A DNA stretch of 43,171 bases from Bacteroidales bacterium (GTDB lineage Bacteria > Bacteroidota > Bacteroidia > Bacteroidales > PUMT01): contig SLGC01000358.1 in NCBI GenBank assembly GCA_007123885.1, positions 1-43,171 on the forward strand, given 5' to 3'. This document shows positions 1-7,434 of the stretch, piece after piece. The stretch's first letter is position 1, and each line of letters begins with the position of its first letter. The translations under genes and the position numbers were made by a program. A model generated the notes under the pieces. The model was given only the letters and a program-made list of their open reading frames with translations, had not been told where the DNA came from and ran no database searches.

Positions 1-98
1 AAGTCCTGGCGGGGCTTTCCCCGGAAGGCATGTGCGATTTAAAAATTCGTGGTGCGAAAAAAAAGGCGGGGTTAAAGCCGCCTCCTCTGGTCGTGGTC
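1..98. repeat. 98-nt structured repeat unit, copy A (the array may continue left of the window)
   Basis: AAGTCCTGGCGGGGCTTTCCCCGGAAGGCATGTGCGATTT...GGCGGGGTTAAAGCCGCCTCCTCTGGTCGTGGTC recurs at 99 and at 42522. Positions 8-23 are complementary to 67-82 (14 bp with two small bulges). On the minus strand, GGCGG-N8-CCGCC is followed by T8. Confidence 0.85.
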
Positions 99-207
99 AA
101 GTCCTGGCGGGGCTTTCCCCGGAAGGCATGTGAGATTTAAAAATTCGTGGTGCGAAAAAAAAGGCGGGGTTAAAGCCGCCTCCTATATTTGTGCCATCTG
201 GTGATGG
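99..207. repeat. 98-nt structured repeat unit, copy B (13-nt insertion in the tail)
   Basis: Identical to copy A over the first 86 nt (99-184) except C->A at 133, and interrupted by an insertion at 185-197. A partial third head (ATAGTCCGGGCG) at 208-219 runs up to the stop codon of the gene at 225. Confidence 0.85.
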
Positions 208-224
208 ATAGTCCGGGCGAAATG

Positions 225-3200
225 CTAGATCGTTTCCATCATCCTGTCCATATAGAAATTGAATCTTTCCCGCATTGGAACTGATAGCTGCACCTGGTCA
301 AAAGCCTCTGTCATCCTGACTATCTCATTCATCAGCTGCATCGATGTACGCATGTCGATGTCCAGGTGGATTATCAGCCTGGAGGGGAAAGAGAGGTAAT
401 AATCCATATTGGCGGCTTCATGATCGAAATAATCCTCGAGTATTTCGTTGGCCCTTTCGGGGGCTCCTGCATTGAAATAAGCCTCTGCAACGGATAACAG
501 TAAAAACTCGTGAGGGATTCTGTCGGTTGGCATCAGTTCCATGGCCCGGTCAAGTACCCTGAGCGCCCTTTCAGTATCACCCTCCTCTACCAGTGCATTG
601 GCAAGCCTGGCAAATTTGTTCCTTAACCTGAGAATACTGAAGGTACGTATATTATAATGATCCATATGCACATCCGGCTCGTTCATTCTTCCCCAGTCGA
701 ATTTATGCATAAAATTTTCATACATCACCTCAGTGTTCACCCTGCCGTACTCAAACCCATCTGCCGGGGTACGGATGGGAACCAGCCGGTAGGCAAAACC
801 TTCAAGCTGGAAGTAGTCCTGAAGGCCAATGGCATCCTCTGTTCCCGGACTAATGTAGTAAACCGGTCTTTCCCAGTCGTTGTTTGCCAGAAAATCAAGC
901 ACCATCATCTGGTTTTTGATCAGGTAGTTTTCCTCGATCTCCCATTCGATCGATTCAACTATCTCATCCCTGAGTCCGGGTGCAACGGTGTTGTTTTCTA
1001 TCACCTTATCGGCATCCACCCTTATCCTGAACCGCCTTGTGGGAATGAAATCGATCATGCGCCTGTCAGCCAGCCTTACCTGGCTTGCGGGCGAATCATC
1101 GGCAATAAAATCAACTATATCCCTAACATTCCTGTGATCCTCAACACGGTCAAATATGTAGATCAGGTTATTGGTGCCATCCACATACTTGCGCCTTGGC
1201 AGGGAAAGAGGTACCGGGGGGGCATCATTTTGCTTCTGCTTCATCTGTTGTATATACCATTCGGCATTGAGCAGCATCAGGTTGACCACCCTCACATCGG
1301 TGCGCACTCCTTCCACCTCCTGTGCATACCACAGCGGGAAGGTGTCATTGTCGCCGTGAGAGAAGAGAATGGCATTCGGCGCTGTTGATTCCAGGTAGTT
1401 GAATGCAAAATCCCTTGCGGTAAACCTTCCCGAACGGTCGTGGTCGTCCCAGTTCTGCTGTGCCATAAGTGCGGGGACCAGGAGAAAAGTGACTGCTGTA
1501 GCTACTATACTGCTGAGCTTAAGCGGCATCTTTTTATTGAGCCACTCAATGATGGCAAGCACCCCCATTCCTATCCATATCGAGAAGGCCATAAAGGATG
1601 CGGCATAGGTGTAATCCCTCTCCCTTGGCTGCAGCGGCGTCTGGTTCAGGTAGATGATAATTGCCAGTCCCGTGAAAAAGAAAAGCAGCATCACCACGAC
1701 GAAATCATTTTTCTGTTTTTTATAGTGATAGAACACCCCCAGAAGTCCCAGCAGCAGCGGCAGGGCAAAATAGGTGTTCCTTGCAGGATGGTTTGCAATA
1801 TGGTCCGGCAGGTTATCCTGGGGGCCAAGCCGGAGGGCATCTATGAATCCGATCCCGGTCAGCCAGTTGCCGTTGAGCAGCTCGCCATGACCCTGGTGGT
1901 CGTTCTGCCGCCCGGCAAAATTCCACATAAAGTACCTTCCGTACATATGCCAGACCTGATATCGGAGAAAGAACCGGATATTCTCGGTGAATGTAGGACG
2001 GACCACATTCCGCGGTTCCCCGTCAATGGTTACCCTCACCTCTCGTCCCTGAACCATTCCCCACCTTTCATATTCCCTGACATGGCCGGGATTGTTGCTC
2101 CACATCCTGGGAAAGAAACCGGTCAGATCCGGATGATGTTCGGCCTCTGCTCTTGGAGTTGTTTCGACATAACGGCCATCCTCCATTATATACTGCATCC
2201 GGCCTTCCCTTATATCGACCTGCGGTGCGGTGTAATACTGGCCAAAGAAAAGGGGATTGTCGCCATATTGTTCACGTGCAAGATAGGATATCAGCCTGAA
2301 AACATTATTGGGGGCATTCTGGTTCATCGGGGGATTGGCTGCAGCCCTTATTACAACAACTGCATATGATGAATAACCGATCAATACCATCGTAAGTCCC
2401 AGTATGATTGAATTAAGAACCGGCCGCTTTTTTTTGTGCGTCCACATCAATCCCCATGTTAGCAGTCCGCCCAGAAGCACTATGAAAAACAGGACCCCGC
2501 TATGGAAGGGAAGGCCGAAGGAGTTGACGAACAGCAGCTCAAAAAAGCTGGCTACCCGGGCCACGCCGGGAATGATAACATATACAAATGCGCCCAGGAG
2601 TATTACTGATACAAGTGCCGCGTAGATCACCCCCTTTCGTGTCACCCGGTATTTACGGAAATAGTAGACAAAAACGATTGCCGGTATGGCAAGAAGGTTA
2701 AGAAGGTGAACTCCTATGGAAAGACCCATAAGATAGGTGATCAAAATAAGCCACGCGAATGAGTGTTTATGATCGGCCACATTTTCCCATTTGAGAATGG
2801 CCCAGAAAACCAGTGCGGTAAACAGTCCGCTGGTTGCATAAGCTTCTGCCTCTACTGCTATAAACCATTGTGTATCGGAAAAGCAGAAAGCCATAGCTCC
2901 AACAAAGGCTGAACCGATAAGTGCAAAAGTCTGCGGAACCGTGGGCTCCTGTCCGGGAGAAATGAACTTTTTGGCAAGGTGGGTTATTATCCAGAAAAGC
3001 AGCATGACGGTAAAAGCTGCGGCCAGCGCCGACATGCCATTCATGAACAGTGCCGCAAGTGAAGGATCGGGAGCCAGCATGGTGAAAAATCTTCCCATAA
3101 GTATGAAAAACGGGGCACCCGGAGGGTGGGGCACCTCCATTTTGTATGCCGAGGTAATTCTCTCGCTGGCGTCCCACCAGCTGGCAGTGGGTTCCAGGGT

Positions 3201-3278
3201 CATAAAATAAACCGATGCGGCGATAAGGAAGACCATCCATCCTCCTATTATATTTATTTTTTTGTAGGTAAGTTCCAT
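225..3278 (-). CDS. DUF2723-family polytopic membrane protein (glycosyltransferase-like N-terminal half, TPR-like C-terminal half)
   Basis: 1017-aa ORF. The N-terminal ~600 aa hold many TM segments, with a TLEPTASWWDASE motif near the start as recalled for DUF2723/PMT-like proteins. The C-terminus is soluble and helical-repeat. Confidence 0.75.
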   Translation of the reverse strand: MELTYKKINIIGGWMVFLIAASVYFMTLEPTASWWDASERITSAYKMEVPHPPGAPFFILMGRFFTMLAPDPSLAALFMNGMSALAAAFTVMLLFWIITHLAKKFISPGQEPTVPQTFALIGSAFVGAMAFCFSDTQWFIAVEAEAYATSGLFTALVFWAILKWENVADHKHSFAWLILITYLMGLSIGVHLLNLLAIPAIVFVYYFRKYRVTRKGVIYAALVSVILLGAFVYVIIPGVARVASFFELLFVNSFGLPFHSGVLFFIVLLGGLLTWGLMWTHKKKRPVLNSIILGLTMVLIGYSSYAVVVIRAAANPPMNQNAPNNVFRLISYLAREQYGDNPLFFGQYYTAPQVDIREGRMQYIMEDGRYVETTPRAEAEHHPDLTGFFPRMWSNNPGHVREYERWGMVQGREVRVTIDGEPRNVVRPTFTENIRFFLRYQVWHMYGRYFMWNFAGRQNDHQGHGELLNGNWLTGIGFIDALRLGPQDNLPDHIANHPARNTYFALPLLLGLLGVFYHYKKQKNDFVVVMLLFFFTGLAIIIYLNQTPLQPRERDYTYAASFMAFSIWIGMGVLAIIEWLNKKMPLKLSSIVATAVTFLLVPALMAQQNWDDHDRSGRFTARDFAFNYLESTAPNAILFSHGDNDTFPLWYAQEVEGVRTDVRVVNLMLLNAEWYIQQMKQKQNDAPPVPLSLPRRKYVDGTNNLIYIFDRVEDHRNVRDIVDFIADDSPASQVRLADRRMIDFIPTRRFRIRVDADKVIENNTVAPGLRDEIVESIEWEIEENYLIKNQMMVLDFLANNDWERPVYYISPGTEDAIGLQDYFQLEGFAYRLVPIRTPADGFEYGRVNTEVMYENFMHKFDWGRMNEPDVHMDHYNIRTFSILRLRNKFARLANALVEEGDTERALRVLDRAMELMPTDRIPHEFLLLSVAEAYFNAGAPERANEILEDYFDHEAANMDYYLSFPSRLIIHLDIDMRTSMQLMNEIVRMTEAFDQVQLSVPMRERFNFYMDRMMETI

Positions 3279-3302
3279 TTCTTGATTATAGATTATTTGC
3301 AG

Positions 3303-3310
3303 TATTTTTG
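3303..3310 (+). promoter_or_regulatory. Bacteroidota sigma-A -7 motif (TAnnTTTG)
   Basis: TATTTTTG on the + strand in the divergent intergenic region, upstream of the 3437 ORF. Confidence 0.35.
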
Positions 3311-3436
3311 TAATTTACCCGGTGAGGTATTATTTTGGTTTTAGGAAAGTATCATAACTTGATTGCTAATTTAACTGGCGAAATTATAATATTTGCACTT
3401 AAAAATGGCATTTTATGATGTAAATACTACTCATTA

Positions 3437-4942
3437 ATGTTTTTGGTTAGCAAACAAATGATTAATTTTAGCATAACTACTGCATGTAAATTCTTGTTAA
3501 CGGTGAGAGCATATCTTTTGTTTTTCGTCTTTGTCTTTCTTTTTTCCTGTTCCAGCGAAAGCAGTTCATGTGATCCCGGAAACGGAAGTTTTTATGAATC
3601 CTCAACCATATATGGCCAGGTTAACGGGCTCCCCGGAAATAAGGTGCTTCTTTTTGAGCTTTACGGCGACGAGGTAAATATACTTGATTCTGCGATGGCT
3701 GATTACAATGGCAGCTTTGAATTATATTTTCCTTCCCAAAGGGAACACGGACTATACCGCCTGGCAATGGGAAAAAATGTTCAGCCCGGGTATCATGATC
3801 AACACCGCCAGCATTTTGACATTATATGGGATGGGAATACTGTGGTATTCCATACCGACTATACATCTCCGGTTGACAGTATGAAGATACTGCTTTCGGA
3901 TGAAAATACCGGCTATTACCAGCTGTTGAAAACAATGAGCGATTATTACCAGCAGATCAGTGTACTCAGTTCTGCACTGGTTCATTATCCTGATGATGAT
4001 AATTTTTACCGGCGGCTGGAAAGACAGTACCGCAGGGTGCAGAATCGCCGTTCCAATTATATTGATAATCTGACCAAAAGAAATGAAGGAAAAATATTTG
4101 CCAGTATAGCACGCTTCCATAAAATGCCCAGGATAAGTTCATCGGCCACAGCCGGCGGGCTTGAAGAAATGAGGGATGATTATTTTTTCAAAGGCCAGTT
4201 CGCCGATGCCGTGATCCTGCGTACCGACCTGATCCCTGCCAAGCTCATCAGGTACCTTTCACTTTATAAAGCCGAAGCAGGTGATGATCATGATGATCTG
4301 CAGGAAAGCCTGATAGAGGCTGTAGATGTTATCATGCAGCATGCGGGGGAAAATGAGGATGTTTATTATTTCGTACTTGAATATCTTATAAACGGTTTTG
4401 AAAGTATGGGTGGAATGGAGATGGTTGCCGGCCACCTGATCAGCCATTATCTTCATGGCGACAGGTGTCCGAGGGGGCACCCCGTTGAACCGGAAACACC
4501 CACTCCCGGACTCAGTGAAGGAGGATCTGTTCCCATGTTCACCTTTACAGCAGTTGATGGCAGGTTCATCGATCTCCGGGATATCAGTGCCGATTATACC
4601 CTGATACTTTTCTGGGGAAGCTGGTGCCCTCACTGCACGCATTTGATGGATGATCTTTACGAACTCTATACCCGTTTCCGGAGGGAAAAGGAAGGATTTC
4701 TGGAAGTTGTCGCCATCGGGATAGAAGATGACCGGGAGATGTGGCTCAAATCCATTGAATCCGGCGGATATGACTGGATAAACTACAGCTCGTTGGAGAG
4801 GTGGGATTGTCCCATAGCCCGGCAATACGGACCCGACGGTACCCCCACTATGATCCTTGTTGACAGCGAAAAGAGGTTTATCCAGGAACCTTTAAGGATC
4901 AGGGCACTCGACAGGTATCTCTCAAGGCAGTTCCGGCAGTAA
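3437..4942 (+). CDS. TlpA/AhpC-like thioredoxin-fold lipoprotein with a DUF4369-like N-terminal domain
   Basis: Signal peptide plus lipobox (LFSC). C-terminal WGSWCPHC thioredoxin active site. The start codon is uncertain because there are several early Met residues. Confidence 0.75.
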   Translation: MFLVSKQMINFSITTACKFLLTVRAYLLFFVFVFLFSCSSESSSCDPGNGSFYESSTIYGQVNGLPGNKVLLFELYGDEVNILDSAMADYNGSFELYFPSQREHGLYRLAMGKNVQPGYHDQHRQHFDIIWDGNTVVFHTDYTSPVDSMKILLSDENTGYYQLLKTMSDYYQQISVLSSALVHYPDDDNFYRRLERQYRRVQNRRSNYIDNLTKRNEGKIFASIARFHKMPRISSSATAGGLEEMRDDYFFKGQFADAVILRTDLIPAKLIRYLSLYKAEAGDDHDDLQESLIEAVDVIMQHAGENEDVYYFVLEYLINGFESMGGMEMVAGHLISHYLHGDRCPRGHPVEPETPTPGLSEGGSVPMFTFTAVDGRFIDLRDISADYTLILFWGSWCPHCTHLMDDLYELYTRFRREKEGFLEVVAIGIEDDREMWLKSIESGGYDWINYSSLERWDCPIARQYGPDGTPTMILVDSEKRFIQEPLRIRALDRYLSRQFRQ

Positions 4943-5018
4943 GGCACATTGTTTTACCGGTATTTTCACATTTCTTTGCTGGCGTTGCCGTCGATAAATA
5001 ATTTAAAACGACCTGCAT

Positions 5019-7022
5019 ATGATAAAAAACAATTCCCCATCAGAAGATTCTGCGGCCCGCGGAAACGGCGCATCTGCCAAATCCCCGAAAGCCACTTCAG
5101 GCAGCAGGACAGTGAGAGACAGCCCGGCGACAGCCGGGAAGAAAGGGTTCGAGGGTACCAAAATTGTCGACGACGTATTTACCGATTCGGCCGATATGCT
5201 CAAAACACGATTTGAGTATGATTACAACAGCTATATCGACATGTTGTGGCGATCCAATCCCGATATTCACTCGATCCTTAAATCAGCCGGAAACCTTGAA
5301 GCCGCCCGGGAACAAATGTACAACTATCTTGACAGGGCAGAGAGAAATATTTTCACGGTAGATAACGATCTTCATATTCTTGAAAAAGCTACGGTCAGGG
5401 AATGTATATGGGTGTTCAGGAGCATACTCGGCCCTGTGAACGAGAAGCGCACTGCCACCTCTGCGCTTGACCTGCTATGGGAACTTGCCCGGAAGGGTGA
5501 GGAGGCGGGTGAACGCACCTCCATAGCATTCCTGATGGAATTTATAAACATTTTCCGCGGCGTAGCCGGCAAGGCCAATATATATTATGAGTCAAGAGGT
5601 GCAAAAAAAGGGATTCCCGGTTTCCTTAAAAAGGAGGGCAGGGAAGCTTCCGCTGCCCGTACCCGTATTCTTGATGAGATGGGTGCCGACATGAGCAAAT
5701 ACTTCAGGAAATATTTAAGCGGGCTTGAGCCTGATGTGATAGGGTGGAGGGAAGAGAACAAGAACAACGTTCTCAGGCATTTCAATGCTAAGGCGGACGA
5801 CTGGTACGATTACCGGTGGCACCTTAAAAATATAATCAGGAATGAGAAACCACTGGAGGAATTGATCGAGATATCTCCTCTTCAAAAAAAGGCCATTAAA
5901 AAGGCATCAGAAAACAGGATCCCTTTTGGTATTACTCCCTATTACCTTTCACTCATCGACAAGCAGATATCTGTCGGATATGATCATGCCATAAGGGCCC
6001 AGGTGATCCCTCCGCCCGAATATGTAGATATGCTGGTTGAAAATCGTGATGTAAGGGGCATGAGATTCGATTTCATGGGTGAGCACGATACATCGCCCCA
6101 GGAGCTGATCACCCGGCGCTATCCCGGTATTTGCATTCTTAAGCCTTATAATACATGTTCGCAGATATGCGTCTACTGCCAGAGGAACTGGGAAATTGAA
6201 CAATGCATGGATCCGGATGCCCTGGCATCGGACAGTCATATCGACAACGCCCTCTCATGGCTGGATAAGCACAAAAACATCGGAGATGTACTGATAACCG
6301 GCGGCGATCCGATGATCATGGATGACGAGGTGATCGAAAGAATGCTCGAGGTGCTGTCGCGGAAAGATCATATTTACCGTGTACGCTTTGGTACACGGAC
6401 ACCTGTTGTTTTACCGATGCGGTGGACACAAAAGCTGGTATCCCTGCTTGAAAAATATATAATGCCGGGCAGGCGCCAGATATCAATTGTCACCCATTTT
6501 GAGCACTCCTACGAGATAACCCCCGAAGCTGCGGCCGCTGTCAGTATGATACGGAAGGCAGGTATGGCTGTTTACAATCAACAGGTGTTTACCATTGAAA
6601 ATTCACGGCGCTATGAATCTGCAAAACTAAGACTGGATTTGAAGAGCATCGGAGTTGACCCCTATTATACCTTCAATATGAAGGGAAAGGAAGAGACCCG
6701 CCGCTATATGGTACCGATTGCCCGTCTGCTGCAGGAAAGAAAAGAGGAAGCCAGACTGTTGCCCGGACTTGACCGCACCGATGAACCGGTGTTCAATGTC
6801 CCCAGGCTTGGGAAAAACCACCTGAGGGCATGGCAGGATCACCGGGTGGTAATGATAATGCCGGATGGTTCAAGAGTTTACGAATTCCATCCGTGGGAGA
6901 AGAATATTACACCTGTGCCTCCCTACAATTACATTGATGTTCCCATCTATAACTATCTGGAAGAACTTGCCGCCAGGGGCGAAAATATAAGAGATTACCG
7001 CACCATCTGGTATTACTATTGA
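5019..7022 (+). CDS. KamA-family (lysine 2,3-aminomutase-like) radical SAM protein with a ~250-aa N-terminal extension
   Basis: CSQICVYCQR (CxxxCxxC) cluster, ITGGDP, and a KamA-type WYDYRWHLKN...ITPYYLSLID N-terminal signature that begins only at about residue 260. The first ~60 aa are low complexity. An alternative start is the ATG at 5196. Confidence 0.8.
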   Translation: MIKNNSPSEDSAARGNGASAKSPKATSGSRTVRDSPATAGKKGFEGTKIVDDVFTDSADMLKTRFEYDYNSYIDMLWRSNPDIHSILKSAGNLEAAREQMYNYLDRAERNIFTVDNDLHILEKATVRECIWVFRSILGPVNEKRTATSALDLLWELARKGEEAGERTSIAFLMEFINIFRGVAGKANIYYESRGAKKGIPGFLKKEGREASAARTRILDEMGADMSKYFRKYLSGLEPDVIGWREENKNNVLRHFNAKADDWYDYRWHLKNIIRNEKPLEELIEISPLQKKAIKKASENRIPFGITPYYLSLIDKQISVGYDHAIRAQVIPPPEYVDMLVENRDVRGMRFDFMGEHDTSPQELITRRYPGICILKPYNTCSQICVYCQRNWEIEQCMDPDALASDSHIDNALSWLDKHKNIGDVLITGGDPMIMDDEVIERMLEVLSRKDHIYRVRFGTRTPVVLPMRWTQKLVSLLEKYIMPGRRQISIVTHFEHSYEITPEAAAAVSMIRKAGMAVYNQQVFTIENSRRYESAKLRLDLKSIGVDPYYTFNMKGKEETRRYMVPIARLLQERKEEARLLPGLDRTDEPVFNVPRLGKNHLRAWQDHRVVMIMPDGSRVYEFHPWEKNITPVPPYNYIDVPIYNYLEELAARGENIRDYRTIWYYY

Positions 7023-7153
7023 TACCTGGAGCCCTGTTTACATTCAGCCAAAGCCGGATCATCATTTCGGCAGCCATTTCAACTTTCAACTTTCAGGGAA
7101 CCCTTTGATGGGATAACTTGTCCCGGCTCAAAAATGACTCTGCCGGTCGTGCA

Positions 7154-7251
7154 GAACAGAATTTTTTTGTAATTCTGATTAGAATGCTTAAATTAGACTC
7201 GATTAAAATAACGAGTCTGTGTAAACCGTTATTCTTACCGGGGTATCAGAT
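7154..7251 (+). repeat. ~100-nt tandem unit, copy 1
   Basis: GAACAGAATTTTTTTGTAATTCTGATTAGAATGCTTAAATTAGACTCGATTAAAATAACGAGTCTGTGTAAACCGTTATTCTTACCGGGGTATCAGAT. It contains the hairpin GACTCG-N10-CGAGTC at 7196-7217. Confidence 0.9.
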
Positions 7252-7291
7252 GAACAGAATTTTTCTTTGTAATTCAGATCAGAATGTTTAA
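7184..7291 (+). CDS. Candidate small ORF 1 (35 aa) inside repeat unit 1: MLKLDSIKITSLCKPLFLPGYQMNRIFLCNSDQNV
   Basis: ATG-initiated ORF translated by hand. A paralogous ORF sits in the same relative frame in unit 2. Of the 4 substitutions in the shared 3' 54 nt, 3 are synonymous. It is below the 60-aa cutoff of the ORF track. Confidence 0.2.
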   Translation: MLKLDSIKITSLCKPLFLPGYQMNRIFLCNSDQNV

Positions 7292-7350
7292 AATGGACTC
7301 GATTAAAATAATGAGTTTGTGTAAACCGTTATTCTTACCGGGATATCAAA
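7252..7350 (+). repeat. ~100-nt tandem unit, copy 2
   Basis: About 88 percent identical to copy 1, with a 2-nt indel near the 5' end. The hairpin arms differ only by changes that give G-U pairs on the + strand. Confidence 0.9.
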
Positions 7351-7394
7351 TATTTTCATTTCGATTTTCGTTTACTATTTATTTTGAACTTTAA
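7284..7394 (+). CDS. Candidate small ORF 2 (36 aa) inside repeat unit 2: MFKMDSIKIMSLCKPLFLPGYQIFSFRFSFTIYFEL
   Basis: Same relative frame as sORF1. Its ATG overlaps the sORF1 stop within ATGTTTAA. The first 22 aa are shared and the tail diverges. Confidence 0.2.
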   Translation: MFKMDSIKIMSLCKPLFLPGYQIFSFRFSFTIYFEL

Positions 7395-7434
7395 CTCTTA
7401 ACACTCAACTTTGAACCTTGAATCGCAAGAATCG

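Noticed and set aside
30-140. 36-codon ORF (MCDLKIRGAKKKAGLKPPPLVVVKSWRGFPRKACEI) starting inside copy A of the 98-nt repeat.
   Set aside because: It is not conserved. Copy B has ATG TGA (an immediate stop) and copy C has ATG TGC GAT TAA. The 98-nt period is also not a multiple of 3.
657-2369. Long + strand ORFs (243 aa and 309 aa) antisense to the DUF2723 gene. There are similar antisense ORFs at 28675-29550 (inside ileS), 12721-13161, 13699-14316, 21000-21557 and 38483-38989.
   Set aside because: They lie entirely within, and opposite to, well-supported genes that carry clear family motifs. Their translations are low complexity with no recognisable motifs, which is typical of shadow ORFs.
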